Shown: positions 50,801-61,857 of the stretch, piece after piece | Numbering within the stretch: position 1 is the first letter of the stretch | Layout of the letters: the number at the start of each line of letters is the position of its first letter | Assembly: GCA_963828495.1 (NCBI GenBank) | Contig: CAWHFJ010000009.1 | Coordinates: 31,166-95,165, forward strand | DNA from: Candidatus Omnitrophota bacterium | Lineage (GTDB): Bacteria; Omnitrophota; Gorgyraeia; Zapsychrales; Fredricksoniimonadaceae | Reading direction: 5' to 3' | DNA length: 64,000 bases | Translations under genes and position numbers: made by a program | Notes under the pieces: generated by a model | Told to the model about the DNA's origin: nothing | The model's database searches: none | The model's input: the letters and a program-made list of their open reading frames with translations, nothing else

Positions 50801-51879
50801 AGCAGCTCGATAATATCTGCAACGGCATTGGGCTTGGATAAAGCGCTTAACCGTTGACGCAAGGCATCCAGTTTCCGGGGATCGGCATTCCACTCATCAA
50901 TGGTTTCGATGATTCCAGACAAAGCGCTTGGCGCACTGGCCACTTCGTATGTTTTTAATACTTTGATATTATTGGCCTCTTGTCCGGGGATGGCGCTAAA
51001 AAATATCATCGGTAATTTTTTGACTAAGGCTTCCGATATAGAAAGCCCTCCGGGTTTAGTCACCATCACATCCGCTACGGACATCAATTCATCCATATTA
51101 TCAACCAGCCCCAGCACATGTACCTTCTGGCTTGAAAAACGTTTCAAGTGTTCATACAACACATGGTTCTGGCCACAAACAATGAGCAGTTGATAACCAC
51201 TAAGCAAATTGATTAATTGCTCAATCGGTCCCATGCCAAAAGAACCCGTGGCGATCAAAACGGTCAATTCCTGTGCTTTAACTTCCAATTTTTCCCTTAA
51301 AGAAGGCACATCCGCACACCGCGCAAATTTAGGGTCCGTGGGGATGCCCGTCACAAAAACTTGGGAGGCCGGCACGCCTAAGGCAATCAATTTATTTTTG
51401 GTATAATCACAAGCCGCTGTATAGATATCAATCCCTGCATTGATCCAAATGCGGTGCACGTCGAAATCCGTCACTACACATATAATTTTAGATTTGATTT
51501 GCCCACGGCGTTTAAGATAGGCGCAAACCTCTGCCGATAAAAATTGGGTCGTGATAATACAATCAAACTGCTGGTGTTGTAGAAATTGCTGCAGAGGCCT
51601 GGCATTAAAACCGTTATACAAACGCCGTACGGCGTGCACAACCCCCTGCATCCAGGGGAAATCCATCCATGCAAATAAAATCCCCCAAGCCCAAGGCATC
51701 CGGGTGACTAAAAACCCATAGGACGCAGGATAGGCCTTTTTAAAAAAAGGATTGGTGTACTCCAGCGCATCAACGAGCCGCACATCATGTCCGCCCTTAT
51801 TTTGCAAACCGTGAAAAACAGCCTCTGCGGCTTTTTTATGCCCGGCCCCGGCCGTTGCGTGAATGACTAGAATTTTCAT
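50797..51879 (-). CDS. GT28-like glycosyltransferase (MGDG synthase / processive diacylglycerol glycosyltransferase-like)
   Basis: N-terminus KILVIHATAGAGHKKAAEAV (GAGH motif of MGDG-synthase/UgtP-type enzymes). 360 aa GT-B. Confidence 0.55.
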   Translation of the reverse strand: MKILVIHATAGAGHKKAAEAVFHGLQNKGGHDVRLVDALEYTNPFFKKAYPASYGFLVTRMPWAWGILFAWMDFPWMQGVVHAVRRLYNGFNARPLQQFLQHQQFDCIITTQFLSAEVCAYLKRRGQIKSKIICVVTDFDVHRIWINAGIDIYTAACDYTKNKLIALGVPASQVFVTGIPTDPKFARCADVPSLREKLEVKAQELTVLIATGSFGMGPIEQLINLLSGYQLLIVCGQNHVLYEHLKRFSSQKVHVLGLVDNMDELMSVADVMVTKPGGLSISEALVKKLPMIFFSAIPGQEANNIKVLKTYEVASAPSALSGIIETIDEWNADPRKLDALRQRLSALSKPNAVADIIELL

Positions 51880-52423
51880 TTTGGATTATCCTCACCGCTG
51901 CTTTCAAGTCCTTGACCACATAATCGGGCTTGACTGTCCATTGACGCATATACCGGCGATTTTCGTGACCCGAAAGTACAAAAATGGTCTTGCAGGCGGC
52001 ATTATGCCCGGTCTTAATGTCGCCTTCGGTATCTCCCACAAAAAAAGCCTTTTGCGCGTGGACAATGGTTTTATTGAGCATCTTAAGCGCTTTCTTTAAA
52101 AGCCCGATACCGGGTTTACGGCAGTCGCAACCGGCATCCGAACGGTGCGTGCAATAAAAACTTTTACGGATTTTGCCGCCGGCCTTTTCAACGGCTTTAA
52201 TCATACGGGCATCGATACGCTGTAATTTACCCAATGAATAAACGCCCTTGCCCACCCCGGCCTGGTTGGAGATGACGAAAATTTTATGTTGGCTCTGTGT
52301 TAAAGAACGGATCGCCTCTAAAGCCCCGGGAATAAAATGAAAATCCTTGACCTTGGTCACGTAACTGCCGTTGCCCGGGAACTTATTGATGACCCCATCT
52401 CTGTCGAGAAAAACAACTTTCAT
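51836..52423 (-). CDS. gmhB: D-glycero-D-manno-heptose 1,7-bisphosphate phosphatase (HAD-IIIA)
   Basis: VVFLDRDGVIN, ISNQAGVGKG and CDCRKPGIGL motifs. Confidence 0.75.
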   Translation of the reverse strand: MKVVFLDRDGVINKFPGNGSYVTKVKDFHFIPGALEAIRSLTQSQHKIFVISNQAGVGKGVYSLGKLQRIDARMIKAVEKAGGKIRKSFYCTHRSDAGCDCRKPGIGLLKKALKMLNKTIVHAQKAFFVGDTEGDIKTGHNAACKTIFVLSGHENRRYMRQWTVKPDYVVKDLKAAVRIIQNENSSHSRNGRGRA

Positions 52424-53223
52424 AGCGGTTTCGACTTTAAATCTTTGATATAGTAACCTTTTTCTTTGATCTCCCTGTATTTGCTGTAAGCGGCCAATTC
52501 GTGGAAAGCACTCAAAACAGCCGCCACAAAACCATAATACCCGTCTTTATATCCTTTTTTACCGATAAAACGCCGTCCAAACCGGTCTGCCGTCCGCCAC
52601 ATAGCCTTCCCCAAAGACATCCGACGTCCGTCCAAATACCATTTGACGGCCTCCAACGTGGAATAACGGTTGATTTTGGCAATAAAATTTTCCACATTGC
52701 TGAAACTGTAATGGATCGTCTTGGATTTTAAATGCCCGCCGCTATACCCCGGTGACACCCTGAATCCCGGATGAATAACATCATAATTCGCCTCTGACCA
52801 TTGTGCATAATTTTTATTATACAAACGAATATGCGGACTAGACCATCCCCCATGGTTTAACGGCACATCACCTAAATAATTGATTTGCGGCGCCCAGTAA
52901 GCGGCAATCTTAGGGTCGCCTTTTGTGACTACCCCCGCAATCTCATTTTTAAGCTCATCCGTCAGGCGCTCATCACAATCCAAAATCAGGATCCAATCAT
53001 TGTTGACCTTCGTCGCTCCAAAATTACGCTGTTTCCCCTCGATCTCCATAGGCCGGATGAATATTTTGTCGGTGTAGCGATGGGCGATAGCACAGGTATC
53101 ATCCGCACTCTCATCATCCACCACAACGATCTCATCGACCCAGCCATAGACACTCTCCAGGCAATCTTTAATACGATTGTGCTCATTTTTAGCAATAATA
53201 ACAACGCTTAGTGGTAAAGGCAC
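52420..53223 (-). CDS. GT2 family glycosyltransferase
   Basis: LSVVIIAKNEHNRIKDCLESV...EIVVVDDESADDT...LDCDERL (DxD). GTG start ~53223 after a GGAGG RBS is preferred over the ORF-track 53250. Confidence 0.7.
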   Translation of the reverse strand: MPLPLSVVIIAKNEHNRIKDCLESVYGWVDEIVVVDDESADDTCAIAHRYTDKIFIRPMEIEGKQRNFGATKVNNDWILILDCDERLTDELKNEIAGVVTKGDPKIAAYWAPQINYLGDVPLNHGGWSSPHIRLYNKNYAQWSEANYDVIHPGFRVSPGYSGGHLKSKTIHYSFSNVENFIAKINRYSTLEAVKWYLDGRRMSLGKAMWRTADRFGRRFIGKKGYKDGYYGFVAAVLSAFHELAAYSKYREIKEKGYYIKDLKSKPL

Positions 53224-53268
53224 AAGCCCCCTCCCTAACCCTCCCCACAAGGGGGAGGGGATATCTCA

Positions 53269-54372
53269 CTATAATAAAGATTCTTTTAAAGCAGCTGCCA
53301 CGTCTTGGATCTGCTCATGGGTCATATGCGGAAACATCGGCAGGCTCATAATATCTCCAGCCACCGCTTCAGCCACGGGGAAATTGCCTTTTTTATAACC
53401 TAACTCCGCGTAAGCTTCCTGCAAATGCAAAGGAATAGGATAATGGATGAGCGCGCCGATGCCTTTGGCTTTCATGGCCTCGACGAACTCTGTCGCGATT
53501 AGGGACGAGCACCGCAAAGGTTTGAAACACATGCGTGCGCCCCTCTTGAGTGACAGGAGTGACAACACCCTTCAAAGGTTGTAAAAGTTTGGTGTAGTAA
53601 GCCGCATTTTGGGCGCGCATCTCGTTCCAGGCGTCGAGATGTTTTAATTTAGCATTAAGCACCACCGCCTGAAGTGTGTCTAAACGCGAATTAGTCCCCT
53701 TAATTTTATGCTCATAACGGCCATAACGGCCATAATCGCGCAGCATCAGGACTTTTTCATAAATGGCCTTGTCCTTGGTGACAATCATCCCCGCATCCCC
53801 GCAGGCCCCCAGACTTTTAGTCGGGTAAAAAGAAAAACAAGCCACGTCCCCCATAGAACCCACCCGTTTGCCCTTATAACGCGAACCATGCGCCTGGGCC
53901 GCATCTTCCACGATTTTAATACCGTGCTTGCGGGCAACGCAATGATTTCATCCATATCCGCAGGCTGGCCGTAAATATGTACGGGAATCACGGCCTTGGT
54001 TTTCCTGGTGATAGCGGCCTGGAAAGCTTTGGGGTCAATATTATACGTATCCGGATTAATATCCACAAAAACCGGTTTGGCGCGGCAAAAAGAAACGCAC
54101 AAGGCCGTGGCAATAAAAGTATGCGCCGGCAGGATGACCTCATCGCCTTCTTTAATATCCAAAGCCATCAAAGCCAGATGCAAAGCATCTGTCCCGGAAT
54201 TAACACCCACCCCGTAGGACGCCTCACAAAATTGAGCGAAAGCCCCTTCAAAAATTTTGACCTGCTCGCCTAAAATGTAATCGCCTTTTTCAAATACCTT
54301 TTTAAAACCGGCATCCACCTCATCCTTGATCAAACGGTTCTGTTCTTTAAAATCAATAAACGGGACACTCAT
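53269..54372 (-). CDS. DegT/DnrJ/EryC1/StrS-family sugar aminotransferase, split by two frameshifts
   Basis: Three overlapping ORFs (53785-54372, 53393-53911, 53269-53568) together give the PLP-dependent aminotransferase fold, including ...FYPTKSLGACGDAGMIVT.... Confidence 0.7.
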
Positions 54373-55406
54373 AACAGACGGCCTACCTTTCTATAAACTT
54401 CATCAACGGATAAATCCCTTAAACAACTGATATGCGCACAATAAGCCTTTCGAAAACGCCGGTAACACGGCTGGCAAGGCAAATCTTTGTAAACGGTGAT
54501 ATGGTTGGCCGACGGATACGGGCCATAAACTTGGGGGTCAACCGAACCAAAGATAGAAACGGTTTGTGCCCCCACAGCCACAGCCACATGCAAGGGGCCC
54601 CCGTCATTAACAATACTCAAGCGGCATTGCTTAAAAAGTGCTGCCATGCCAAAGACGGACGTCTGGCCAACAGCTATATGTAAAGGAAAATGAGCCAGGG
54701 CAGCCACTTCCCTGCACAACTCTTTTTCTTTTGAATCTCCCAACAGTATAACGGCAGCGTCGAAATTTTCAATGATTTTATCCACTAAATCCGCGTATTT
54801 GGACGCCGCCCAACGCTTATGACCAGCGGCTTTGCCCCAACTTTGCCCGCCTCCGGGCACTACCGCTATCAAGGGCTTGGAGGGATCAATTGCCTGTTGA
54901 GCGATCCATCCTTGGGCCCACTGGATGTCTTTTAAAGGGACATGCAGTGTCATTGACCGCTCAACTATCGGCACTTGTACCGGGTGAAGTAAATCCAAAT
55001 AATATTCAATAACGTGTTTGTCCTCATAGCCCTGCAGAGGCATTTTATCCGTTAAAAACAGGCCACGGCCCCGATAATCAAATCCGATACGCTTTTTGAT
55101 CCCGCAGGCAAAACACAAAAACCCAAAGGAACTGTTGATAGAAAAATCAAAAACGACATCAAAGGCTTGGCGTTTGATACTGTTAAACAACTCAAAGTAT
55201 TTTTGGTAATGACCCACAAACTCATCGCGATCATAGACAAAAACCTGCCGGATATCAGGGTTACTTCGAAGAAAATCCGCCGTGCGGGTATTCGCCAAAT
55301 ACGCAATGGTTGCCTGGGGATACGCTCGTCGTAAATTACTGATAACCGGAGTCGTAAACAACACGTCCCCGATGCCGTAGGGATTGATAATAAGAATTTT
55401 TTTCAT
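54369..55406 (-). CDS. GT9 family ADP-heptose:LPS heptosyltransferase-like protein
   Basis: N-terminus KILIINPYGIGDVLFTTPVISNLRRAYP. Confidence 0.78.
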   Translation of the reverse strand: MKKILIINPYGIGDVLFTTPVISNLRRAYPQATIAYLANTRTADFLRSNPDIRQVFVYDRDEFVGHYQKYFELFNSIKRQAFDVVFDFSINSSFGFLCFACGIKKRIGFDYRGRGLFLTDKMPLQGYEDKHVIEYYLDLLHPVQVPIVERSMTLHVPLKDIQWAQGWIAQQAIDPSKPLIAVVPGGGQSWGKAAGHKRWAASKYADLVDKIIENFDAAVILLGDSKEKELCREVAALAHFPLHIAVGQTSVFGMAALFKQCRLSIVNDGGPLHVAVAVGAQTVSIFGSVDPQVYGPYPSANHITVYKDLPCQPCYRRFRKAYCAHISCLRDLSVDEVYRKVGRLL

Positions 55407-55407
55407 C

Positions 55408-57048
55408 TTACGTCTTAGGTGCCTCCAAAATCATAAAATCATGATATCCAACGCTAGAGATAATTTTATACCCTTTAGCTTCAGCAACACTCAAATAATT
55501 ATCAATCATTGCATTTTCTTTGGGACTCAAATATTCATTCCTAAACACGCCTCTATCTATCGCTATATATTCCGGAAAAATGAACCGGCCGCCTGTGTGC
55601 CCCCAGTCATATATATATTTACGGTGCGATAAATGCGGACATAAATGATCCGTAGCCAAGACAGAAGCATCCGGAGGGATCACATCCAGCGATCTGATTT
55701 TTTCTAAAGTATGGTTGACCTTCATATTGTTTAAGAATTGTGCCAACCTGCATCCATCCGTCTTGCCGTAAAACAATAAAGTGCCCCCCATCAACAATAA
55801 ACCAACCAAACAATTGGCTTTTTGTATTTTTAACTTCTGCAACAGCCCGTGACACCCATAAATCGCTGCAATAAAAATAAAAGGGACAACCCCGGCGACA
55901 TAATGCTGATTAATTTCTACAAAACTACTGTTTTCTGCCGTAGCCAGAAGGTTCTTGAATAAGGGAATAAATATCAGAATATAGTGGGGCGGGCTTAATA
56001 ATGATAAAAAACACAGCGGGCCCAATAATTTCAACACGTAGGTGATCTTGGATTTAGTCAAAAGAAATTTAATAAATAATAACGGATGGAAAAAGCCAAT
56101 TTGTAAATTATCAAGATACGAAGCTCCAAAAGGCAGTTTACTTAAATAGGCATAATTATGCGTCGGAGAAAAATAGGGAATTAAAATCCCTGTTTCTAAC
56201 CACCATAAAAACACCGCCAATATGATAAAAGAAATGCCTATCCATTGCCTTTTCTGGATGATTAAAGCAAATAAGCCCAGCCCCAAGACCAGAAAGGTCG
56301 TGTCTTCTTTGCATAAGAATAAAATAATAATACTCACCCATAACCACACATGATTGCGCTTAATGAGAAAATAATACGCCCAAAATAAAAGAGGGACAAT
56401 GAATGAATCCAGGTGAAAATCTTCAAAAGCGACCCCTCTTAATGGTTTAGAAAGTATATAACAAACCAGAAAAACAAAAATAAAAAATCTATCTCTAAGT
56501 ACTGACTTGGCTATAAGATATAGCGGGATGATGGCACAGGCGAGTAATAAAGACTGTGCCATCAGTAAAACTAAAACATTCGACCATAACCAGTATAACG
56601 GAACCATAAAAAATAAAATAACGGGGAAATGGTCCCCTAACAGGGTCCCCCCTTGATTATAGACCATCGTGCAAAACAAAGAATTCCCATGAGCGGCATT
56701 CCATACGGCCTGGTCAAAATTACCTAAATCAAATCCCCCCGAACATAAACTGAAGTGTCGAACAATACTGACTGTTGAAAAAAACAAAAAAGTCAGCCCG
56801 CATAAAAAAATAAGAAGATTTTTGTCGCTGATATCTTTGAGTTTTAAAAAGAAGTTGACGATCATGGAGTGCTTGAAATCCTTTTTGTTGACTGACCATC
56901 TTAATAAAAGTAAAAGAACAAACCCTAACGTAGGGCCCAAAATATTATTGATAGATATCGCTGGATTAACAAACGAGTAGTCTGTAATAAAAAGGCTTAG
57001 ATAAAATAGCGCATAGATAAATAATGTGATATCTAAAATAAATGCCAA
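55408..57048 (-). CDS. DUF2079-family polytopic membrane protein (GT-C-like)
   Basis: SGGFDLGNFDQAVWNAAHGNSLF motif characteristic of DUF2079. 546 aa. Confidence 0.55.
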   Translation of the reverse strand: MAFILDITLFIYALFYLSLFITDYSFVNPAISINNILGPTLGFVLLLLLRWSVNKKDFKHSMIVNFFLKLKDISDKNLLIFLCGLTFLFFSTVSIVRHFSLCSGGFDLGNFDQAVWNAAHGNSLFCTMVYNQGGTLLGDHFPVILFFMVPLYWLWSNVLVLLMAQSLLLACAIIPLYLIAKSVLRDRFFIFVFLVCYILSKPLRGVAFEDFHLDSFIVPLLFWAYYFLIKRNHVWLWVSIIILFLCKEDTTFLVLGLGLFALIIQKRQWIGISFIILAVFLWWLETGILIPYFSPTHNYAYLSKLPFGASYLDNLQIGFFHPLLFIKFLLTKSKITYVLKLLGPLCFLSLLSPPHYILIFIPLFKNLLATAENSSFVEINQHYVAGVVPFIFIAAIYGCHGLLQKLKIQKANCLVGLLLMGGTLLFYGKTDGCRLAQFLNNMKVNHTLEKIRSLDVIPPDASVLATDHLCPHLSHRKYIYDWGHTGGRFIFPEYIAIDRGVFRNEYLSPKENAMIDNYLSVAEAKGYKIISSVGYHDFMILEAPKT

Positions 57049-57077
57049 TTATACTTCTCCCATCTAATTTTCAGGCC

Positions 57078-58712
57078 TTAGTGTGTGTACCGATATACGA
57101 AATAGGACGGCGTTTGAGTTTCGATCACATAATGATGATACAGAAATTGCATCATGCGTTCATGTTTAATACGATTGGCAAGCACTAAAAAATAAGACCT
57201 GTTAAGAGAAAATAGTTCCATCTTGTCAAAAATAGCATACCTGGGAGGATTACGCTCAAGCGCTGTCTCATATTCGGCAAACCAACCGTCATCCATCCAA
57301 GATAATGTGACCATAGGGAAACGCCCTACCCAGGGCCGCTCGAGTATAAAATGCAGACTGCCAAGTTCCGGATACATCCACACCGCTTCATGCACTGGCA
57401 CATGCTTATCGACGAAAGCTTTTAATTGCTCTAAATCTTGCGCTTGCCATACGGGGATCATCATATGCCTGATGCGCGGCAAATCAATAGTAGTGACCAC
57501 AGATCCATTGATCAATGCCTCTTTTTCCGCATCCTGACCTTCTATCAACTGACAAACCCAGGAAGTTTTATAAAATCTCGTTTTAAAACGGCCGACACTA
57601 TATATCACGGATGATATGATCACAGCCACGACCAGTACTGCCCCCACCCATTTAAATCTTGTCAACTTCTGCTGTGCCCATACTATCAACTGCCCCAACA
57701 GATAAAATAAAATAATTTTATCCGGCTGCAAAGACATCTCATATTCCACAAACTCTATTTTACGAAATCCCGTCAAGAATGAGATTAAACCATAAACCGC
57801 CACTACCAAAGCCGCCTGCTCTAAGGCCGTGACTTTTTTATTAGCCATGCGCCAAAAGTATAAAAAGAAAAAGAACATATACGAATACATCGGTGTCATT
57901 TGATAAAAACTCTTATCTGGCGGGAAAAATAGGGCATGCAGAAATTTTGGGATAGTATCCGGCACTCTGTCTAATTGCAAAAAAGTCTTTTGCATATGGG
58001 ACACAACGGTCCATTGTGCCTGCACATATGGCATAACAGCATTTTGGCTGACCAGATAAATACCATAAGGTACTGTTACACATAAGAATCCCGATAGAAA
58101 TACCCATGACGCTCGACGGTGTTCACGGCTGAGGGCCATGACTGCCATAAAAGCAATCCAAACAATAACGCCGATTTCAATACTCGTCAACAGGCCGATC
58201 GCGGCCAAACAGCCACCAGCCAAAAGCCAGCCGGAACGATTGTCTTTTAAAAATCGAATTAAACACCATACCGCCAATAATCCCCATGCATAACGCATCC
58301 CTCCCCAACTAGTGAAAACCACCCGGGGAAAAGTCCGGGTCACTAAAATTAACACAAAAGAATAAAGCAAAAACCTTTGTTGAATAAGCTCATAAGCAAT
58401 GAGCACAGCCACGAGTATCGTCAATACTGTGCCCAAATAAAAGTAAGCCGCTAAAACATCCGCCCTAAAACCGAAAATTTTCATGAAAAGTGCGGGAACA
58501 TACAGCTCGAAAGGCCCACGCAAATGGAAAAAATCTCTAAAAGGTACTTGCCCTTGGGACACGGCGTCAATGCCAGGCAGATAAAGCCCCCATTCGAACA
58601 GATTCAACTCTTGACGCAAGTAAGACGGCTGCCAAAGCAGAAGCAATGCCAACAAGAACAACAAAAAGAGGTCTTTAGGTTTACGTGTGGCTTGAAGAAA
58701 TCTGGATAACAA
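57078..58712 (-). CDS. Polytopic membrane protein (hypothetical, GT-C-like)
   Basis: 544 aa with multiple TM helices. No diagnostic motif. Confidence 0.4.
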   Translation of the reverse strand: MLSRFLQATRKPKDLFLLFLLALLLLWQPSYLRQELNLFEWGLYLPGIDAVSQGQVPFRDFFHLRGPFELYVPALFMKIFGFRADVLAAYFYLGTVLTILVAVLIAYELIQQRFLLYSFVLILVTRTFPRVVFTSWGGMRYAWGLLAVWCLIRFLKDNRSGWLLAGGCLAAIGLLTSIEIGVIVWIAFMAVMALSREHRRASWVFLSGFLCVTVPYGIYLVSQNAVMPYVQAQWTVVSHMQKTFLQLDRVPDTIPKFLHALFFPPDKSFYQMTPMYSYMFFFFLYFWRMANKKVTALEQAALVVAVYGLISFLTGFRKIEFVEYEMSLQPDKIILFYLLGQLIVWAQQKLTRFKWVGAVLVVAVIISSVIYSVGRFKTRFYKTSWVCQLIEGQDAEKEALINGSVVTTIDLPRIRHMMIPVWQAQDLEQLKAFVDKHVPVHEAVWMYPELGSLHFILERPWVGRFPMVTLSWMDDGWFAEYETALERNPPRYAIFDKMELFSLNRSYFLVLANRIKHERMMQFLYHHYVIETQTPSYFVYRYTH

Positions 58713-59558
58713 TTAGGCAATCCTCTCTTTGACCCGTCGCCCGGTTTTATACCGGACCCTAAACCACAACAGAGGGTTCCACCAATATTGACGGACAATT
58801 TTTTGCCAGTCTTTTTGGCTGGCCACATGCTGCTGGATCAAATGCTTCATGACCGCCGGATGAGTGCCAAAATAAACCGGAAAACGCGAGAGCTCCCCAT
58901 AATCATATTCGGACTTTTTTTCTTTCTCGTTTAGCTCAAAAACAAAACCAACGGTGTGCGCGTTCTTGCGTCTGGTAGCCATCATCTGCGGGTCGTTCAC
59001 CCATCCATAGTGATAAATAAAAAACGGTGTCTTGCGCGCTTTTAGGGATGTCCCATCCTTGTGCCTAAACCCCCAAGCCGCATCATGGGATTGATACATG
59101 CCATTATTTCTAATGACCCGGGTCTGCTTCTGAAACCATCCCCTATCAATCCGATAACGATAAAAACTGCCATAAAAATTAAGCCAACGGAATTGAAACG
59201 CATCCACCTTCGGATCGTTAAGATACCGCTGCATATAGGCCTTAACGCGAAGAATATCTTCCTCGTGAATAACCTCATCTGTTTGGTTATAAAAAATCCA
59301 ATCCCCCCGACATTGGCTTATGACAAAATCCGTTTCCACCGACAGCACGTCTTGTCCGATAGACATGTCCCATACGCGCTCAATAATTCTTATCTTGGGG
59401 TCATTAATAGATTTAATCAGATCCAGCGTGCCGTCAGAGGAATCTCCCACATTGATAATATATTCATCACAAATAGGCAATACGGAGCGCACCGCTTCTA
59501 CGACGGGATATCCGTATTTAATGGCGTTACGTACAATGGTGGCCCCGCTGATCTTCAT
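58713..59558 (-). CDS. Putative nucleotide-diphospho-sugar transferase (GT2/GT-A-like), tentative
   Basis: N-terminus ISGATIVRNAIKYGYP...INVGDSSDGT (DxD-like). 281 aa. Sits within a run of glycosyltransferase genes. Confidence 0.4.
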   Translation of the reverse strand: MKISGATIVRNAIKYGYPVVEAVRSVLPICDEYIINVGDSSDGTLDLIKSINDPKIRIIERVWDMSIGQDVLSVETDFVISQCRGDWIFYNQTDEVIHEEDILRVKAYMQRYLNDPKVDAFQFRWLNFYGSFYRYRIDRGWFQKQTRVIRNNGMYQSHDAAWGFRHKDGTSLKARKTPFFIYHYGWVNDPQMMATRRKNAHTVGFVFELNEKEKKSEYDYGELSRFPVYFGTHPAVMKHLIQQHVASQKDWQKIVRQYWWNPLLWFRVRYKTGRRVKERIA

Positions 59559-60658
59559 ATATTGACCGTCTGTTGATAAACCGCCAGTGTCTCGCGGGCG
59601 GTGGCTGCAAAAGAAAATTCGCCAGCGCGCTTAAATCCGGCCTGTCGCAAGGATTTTTTAAGCGTCTTATCTTGTAAGATTTGCGTCATAGCCTGCGCTA
59701 TCCGCGAGGGATCTTGGGGGTCAACCGTCAACGCCGCTTCACCGGCAATTTCACCACAGGACGAGGTCTTTGAGGTAACGACCGGTACTCCGCAACTGAA
59801 TGCTTCCAGAATGGGAAAGCCAAAGCCCTCATAAAAAGACGGGAACACAAACAGCTCTGCCAGATTATAAAGCTCGCGCAATTGATCATCGCCGACAAAG
59901 CCGGTAAAAATAACATCCCGCTTGATGCCTAATTGTTCAATGACACGGCCGATGCTGTCTTGCATCCAGCCTTTCATACCCGCAATTACCAATTGTCCAT
60001 GGAAAACTTTTTTTGACTTAAGACCGGCGAAACTGTCCAGCAAGCCCGTCAAATTTTTTCTAGGCTCAAGTGTGCCGACATACAAAACATACGGTTTATC
60101 GATCCCCCATACCCTCAAACGGCTCGCCGCCTGATGACGTTGTTCTTCCGATAAAGGATAAAACGTTTTATGGTCCACTCCGTTATACACTACACAGGTC
60201 TTATCGACGGGTATATTCAAAAAGGCATGTAGATCACGCCGGGTATTTTCTGAAACGCAAATAATCCGATGGGCTTGGGCTGCGATGGCCTGCATATATT
60301 TTTCAGTCGATTCAATGCTTTGAGATGTCTGACTTTGCGGGTAAGCTTTATAAATAAGATCATGAATGGTCACCACCAACTTCCCCGGGGCCCGGACAAT
60401 GGCATCGGGACTAGGGTAATGATAAATAGCAACCTCTCCTGCCCCCCGGGAAAAAAAGTCTACACGTCTTTTAAAATTATGATAACGGGAAAAATCCGGC
60501 AGATGTCTTTTAAAATCCAACAAACGCTTGGGCGCATGCAGGATATATTCATTAGCATGATCGATGGCGCCTAAGCTGTCCAAAAGATGATAGGTGGCGC
60601 GTCCAATGCCGGTGAGCTGATTCAAAAGGATGGATCGGCAATTAATGGCGATACGCAT
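59555..60658 (-). CDS. GT4 family glycosyltransferase (GT-B)
   Basis: C-terminal EX7E-type motif FPSFYEGFGFPILEAFSCGVPVVTS. Confidence 0.8.
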   Translation of the reverse strand: MRIAINCRSILLNQLTGIGRATYHLLDSLGAIDHANEYILHAPKRLLDFKRHLPDFSRYHNFKRRVDFFSRGAGEVAIYHYPSPDAIVRAPGKLVVTIHDLIYKAYPQSQTSQSIESTEKYMQAIAAQAHRIICVSENTRRDLHAFLNIPVDKTCVVYNGVDHKTFYPLSEEQRHQAASRLRVWGIDKPYVLYVGTLEPRKNLTGLLDSFAGLKSKKVFHGQLVIAGMKGWMQDSIGRVIEQLGIKRDVIFTGFVGDDQLRELYNLAELFVFPSFYEGFGFPILEAFSCGVPVVTSKTSSCGEIAGEAALTVDPQDPSRIAQAMTQILQDKTLKKSLRQAGFKRAGEFSFAATARETLAVYQQTVNI

Positions 60659-60663
60659 GCTAT

Positions 60664-61851
60664 TTAAACAGTGTACCCTTTAGATTTAAGGAATGTCCCA
60701 ACCACACCAACGATATATTCCATTTGGGCACCCCCCACATCCTGATGACAGCCGATATGGGTCCCGTGGTCGGAACAATACTCCGCCTGCGGGAAGTCCC
60801 CCAGCTTATACCCCATAAACTGATAACTGTCCGTCTGGGTCGGGATAGAATAAAACAAATTGCGCGAATCCACTCCTTGTTTCTCTAAGTATGTCACGAA
60901 TTCGTCTTTGGTAAAGTTAAGACCCGGCTTAATAATGATAGAAAATGCGTGGGGACCTAAAACTTCATGGCCGTCTTCTTTTAGATACCAAAAATATTTC
61001 TCAAACTTTGAAAAAGCTTTGATCAAATACCGCACGTTAGCGCGTCTTTTTTCCAAAATATCGCGGAATATCTCAATATTCCCTAAACCCACCGCGGCCT
61101 CAATTTCATTCATTTTGGCGGAAAAACCGATACGCTTAAAACGAAATTTCCCGTCAATGCCGTGATTACGCAAAGACTTCGCGGCCTGGGCCATGCGTTC
61201 GTTATTAGTGATGACCATGCCGCCTTCAATGGTCGTGATGATATGCGCCGCGTACAGCGAAAAACAGGCCATCTCCCCGAAGGTCCCGATTTTTTTACCT
61301 TTGTATTGGGCCCCATGCGCCTCAGCCGCGTCCTCAATAACATACAGCTTGTGTTTGTGGGCCAAACTCATGATCTCATCCATGGCCGCGGGCTTGCCCA
61401 TCAAGTGCACCGGCATGATGGCACGCGTGCGCGGGGTTATGGCTTTCTCAATCTTTTTAGGATCGATATTTAATGTTTCGCGTTCGATATCCACGAACAC
61501 CGGCGTCAGCCCTGCCTGCAAGACCGCATTACCTGTGGCAACAAAAGACAGCGCCGGAACAATGATCTCGTCCCCACGCTTGGCGCCGCAATCATAAAGT
61601 ACCGCGCAGGCAATAGCATTGGCGTCCGTACCGCTGGAGGTCGCGATGCCGTATTTGACGCCGAAAAGTTGGGCAAATTTATCCTCAAATTCTTTAACGT
61701 ATTTACCCTTAGTCAACCAGCGACTGGCAATGGCCTCATCAATAAGTTTGTGGGCACGCTGGGTGATCGATACCGTGCCAAACGGGACCTTATAGCCGGA
61801 CTTGGAGGCCTCTTGTCCGTCGTTAATAGCTGTTGTTTTATTGAAATCCAT
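60664..61851 (-). CDS. DegT/DnrJ/EryC1/StrS-family sugar aminotransferase
   Basis: Intact. ...VIEDAAEAHGAQYKGKKIGTFGEMACFSLY... PLP-lysine region. 395 aa. Confidence 0.8.
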   Translation of the reverse strand: MDFNKTTAINDGQEASKSGYKVPFGTVSITQRAHKLIDEAIASRWLTKGKYVKEFEDKFAQLFGVKYGIATSSGTDANAIACAVLYDCGAKRGDEIIVPALSFVATGNAVLQAGLTPVFVDIERETLNIDPKKIEKAITPRTRAIMPVHLMGKPAAMDEIMSLAHKHKLYVIEDAAEAHGAQYKGKKIGTFGEMACFSLYAAHIITTIEGGMVITNNERMAQAAKSLRNHGIDGKFRFKRIGFSAKMNEIEAAVGLGNIEIFRDILEKRRANVRYLIKAFSKFEKYFWYLKEDGHEVLGPHAFSIIIKPGLNFTKDEFVTYLEKQGVDSRNLFYSIPTQTDSYQFMGYKLGDFPQAEYCSDHGTHIGCHQDVGGAQMEYIVGVVGTFLKSKGYTV

Positions 61852-61857
61852 ATCGGC

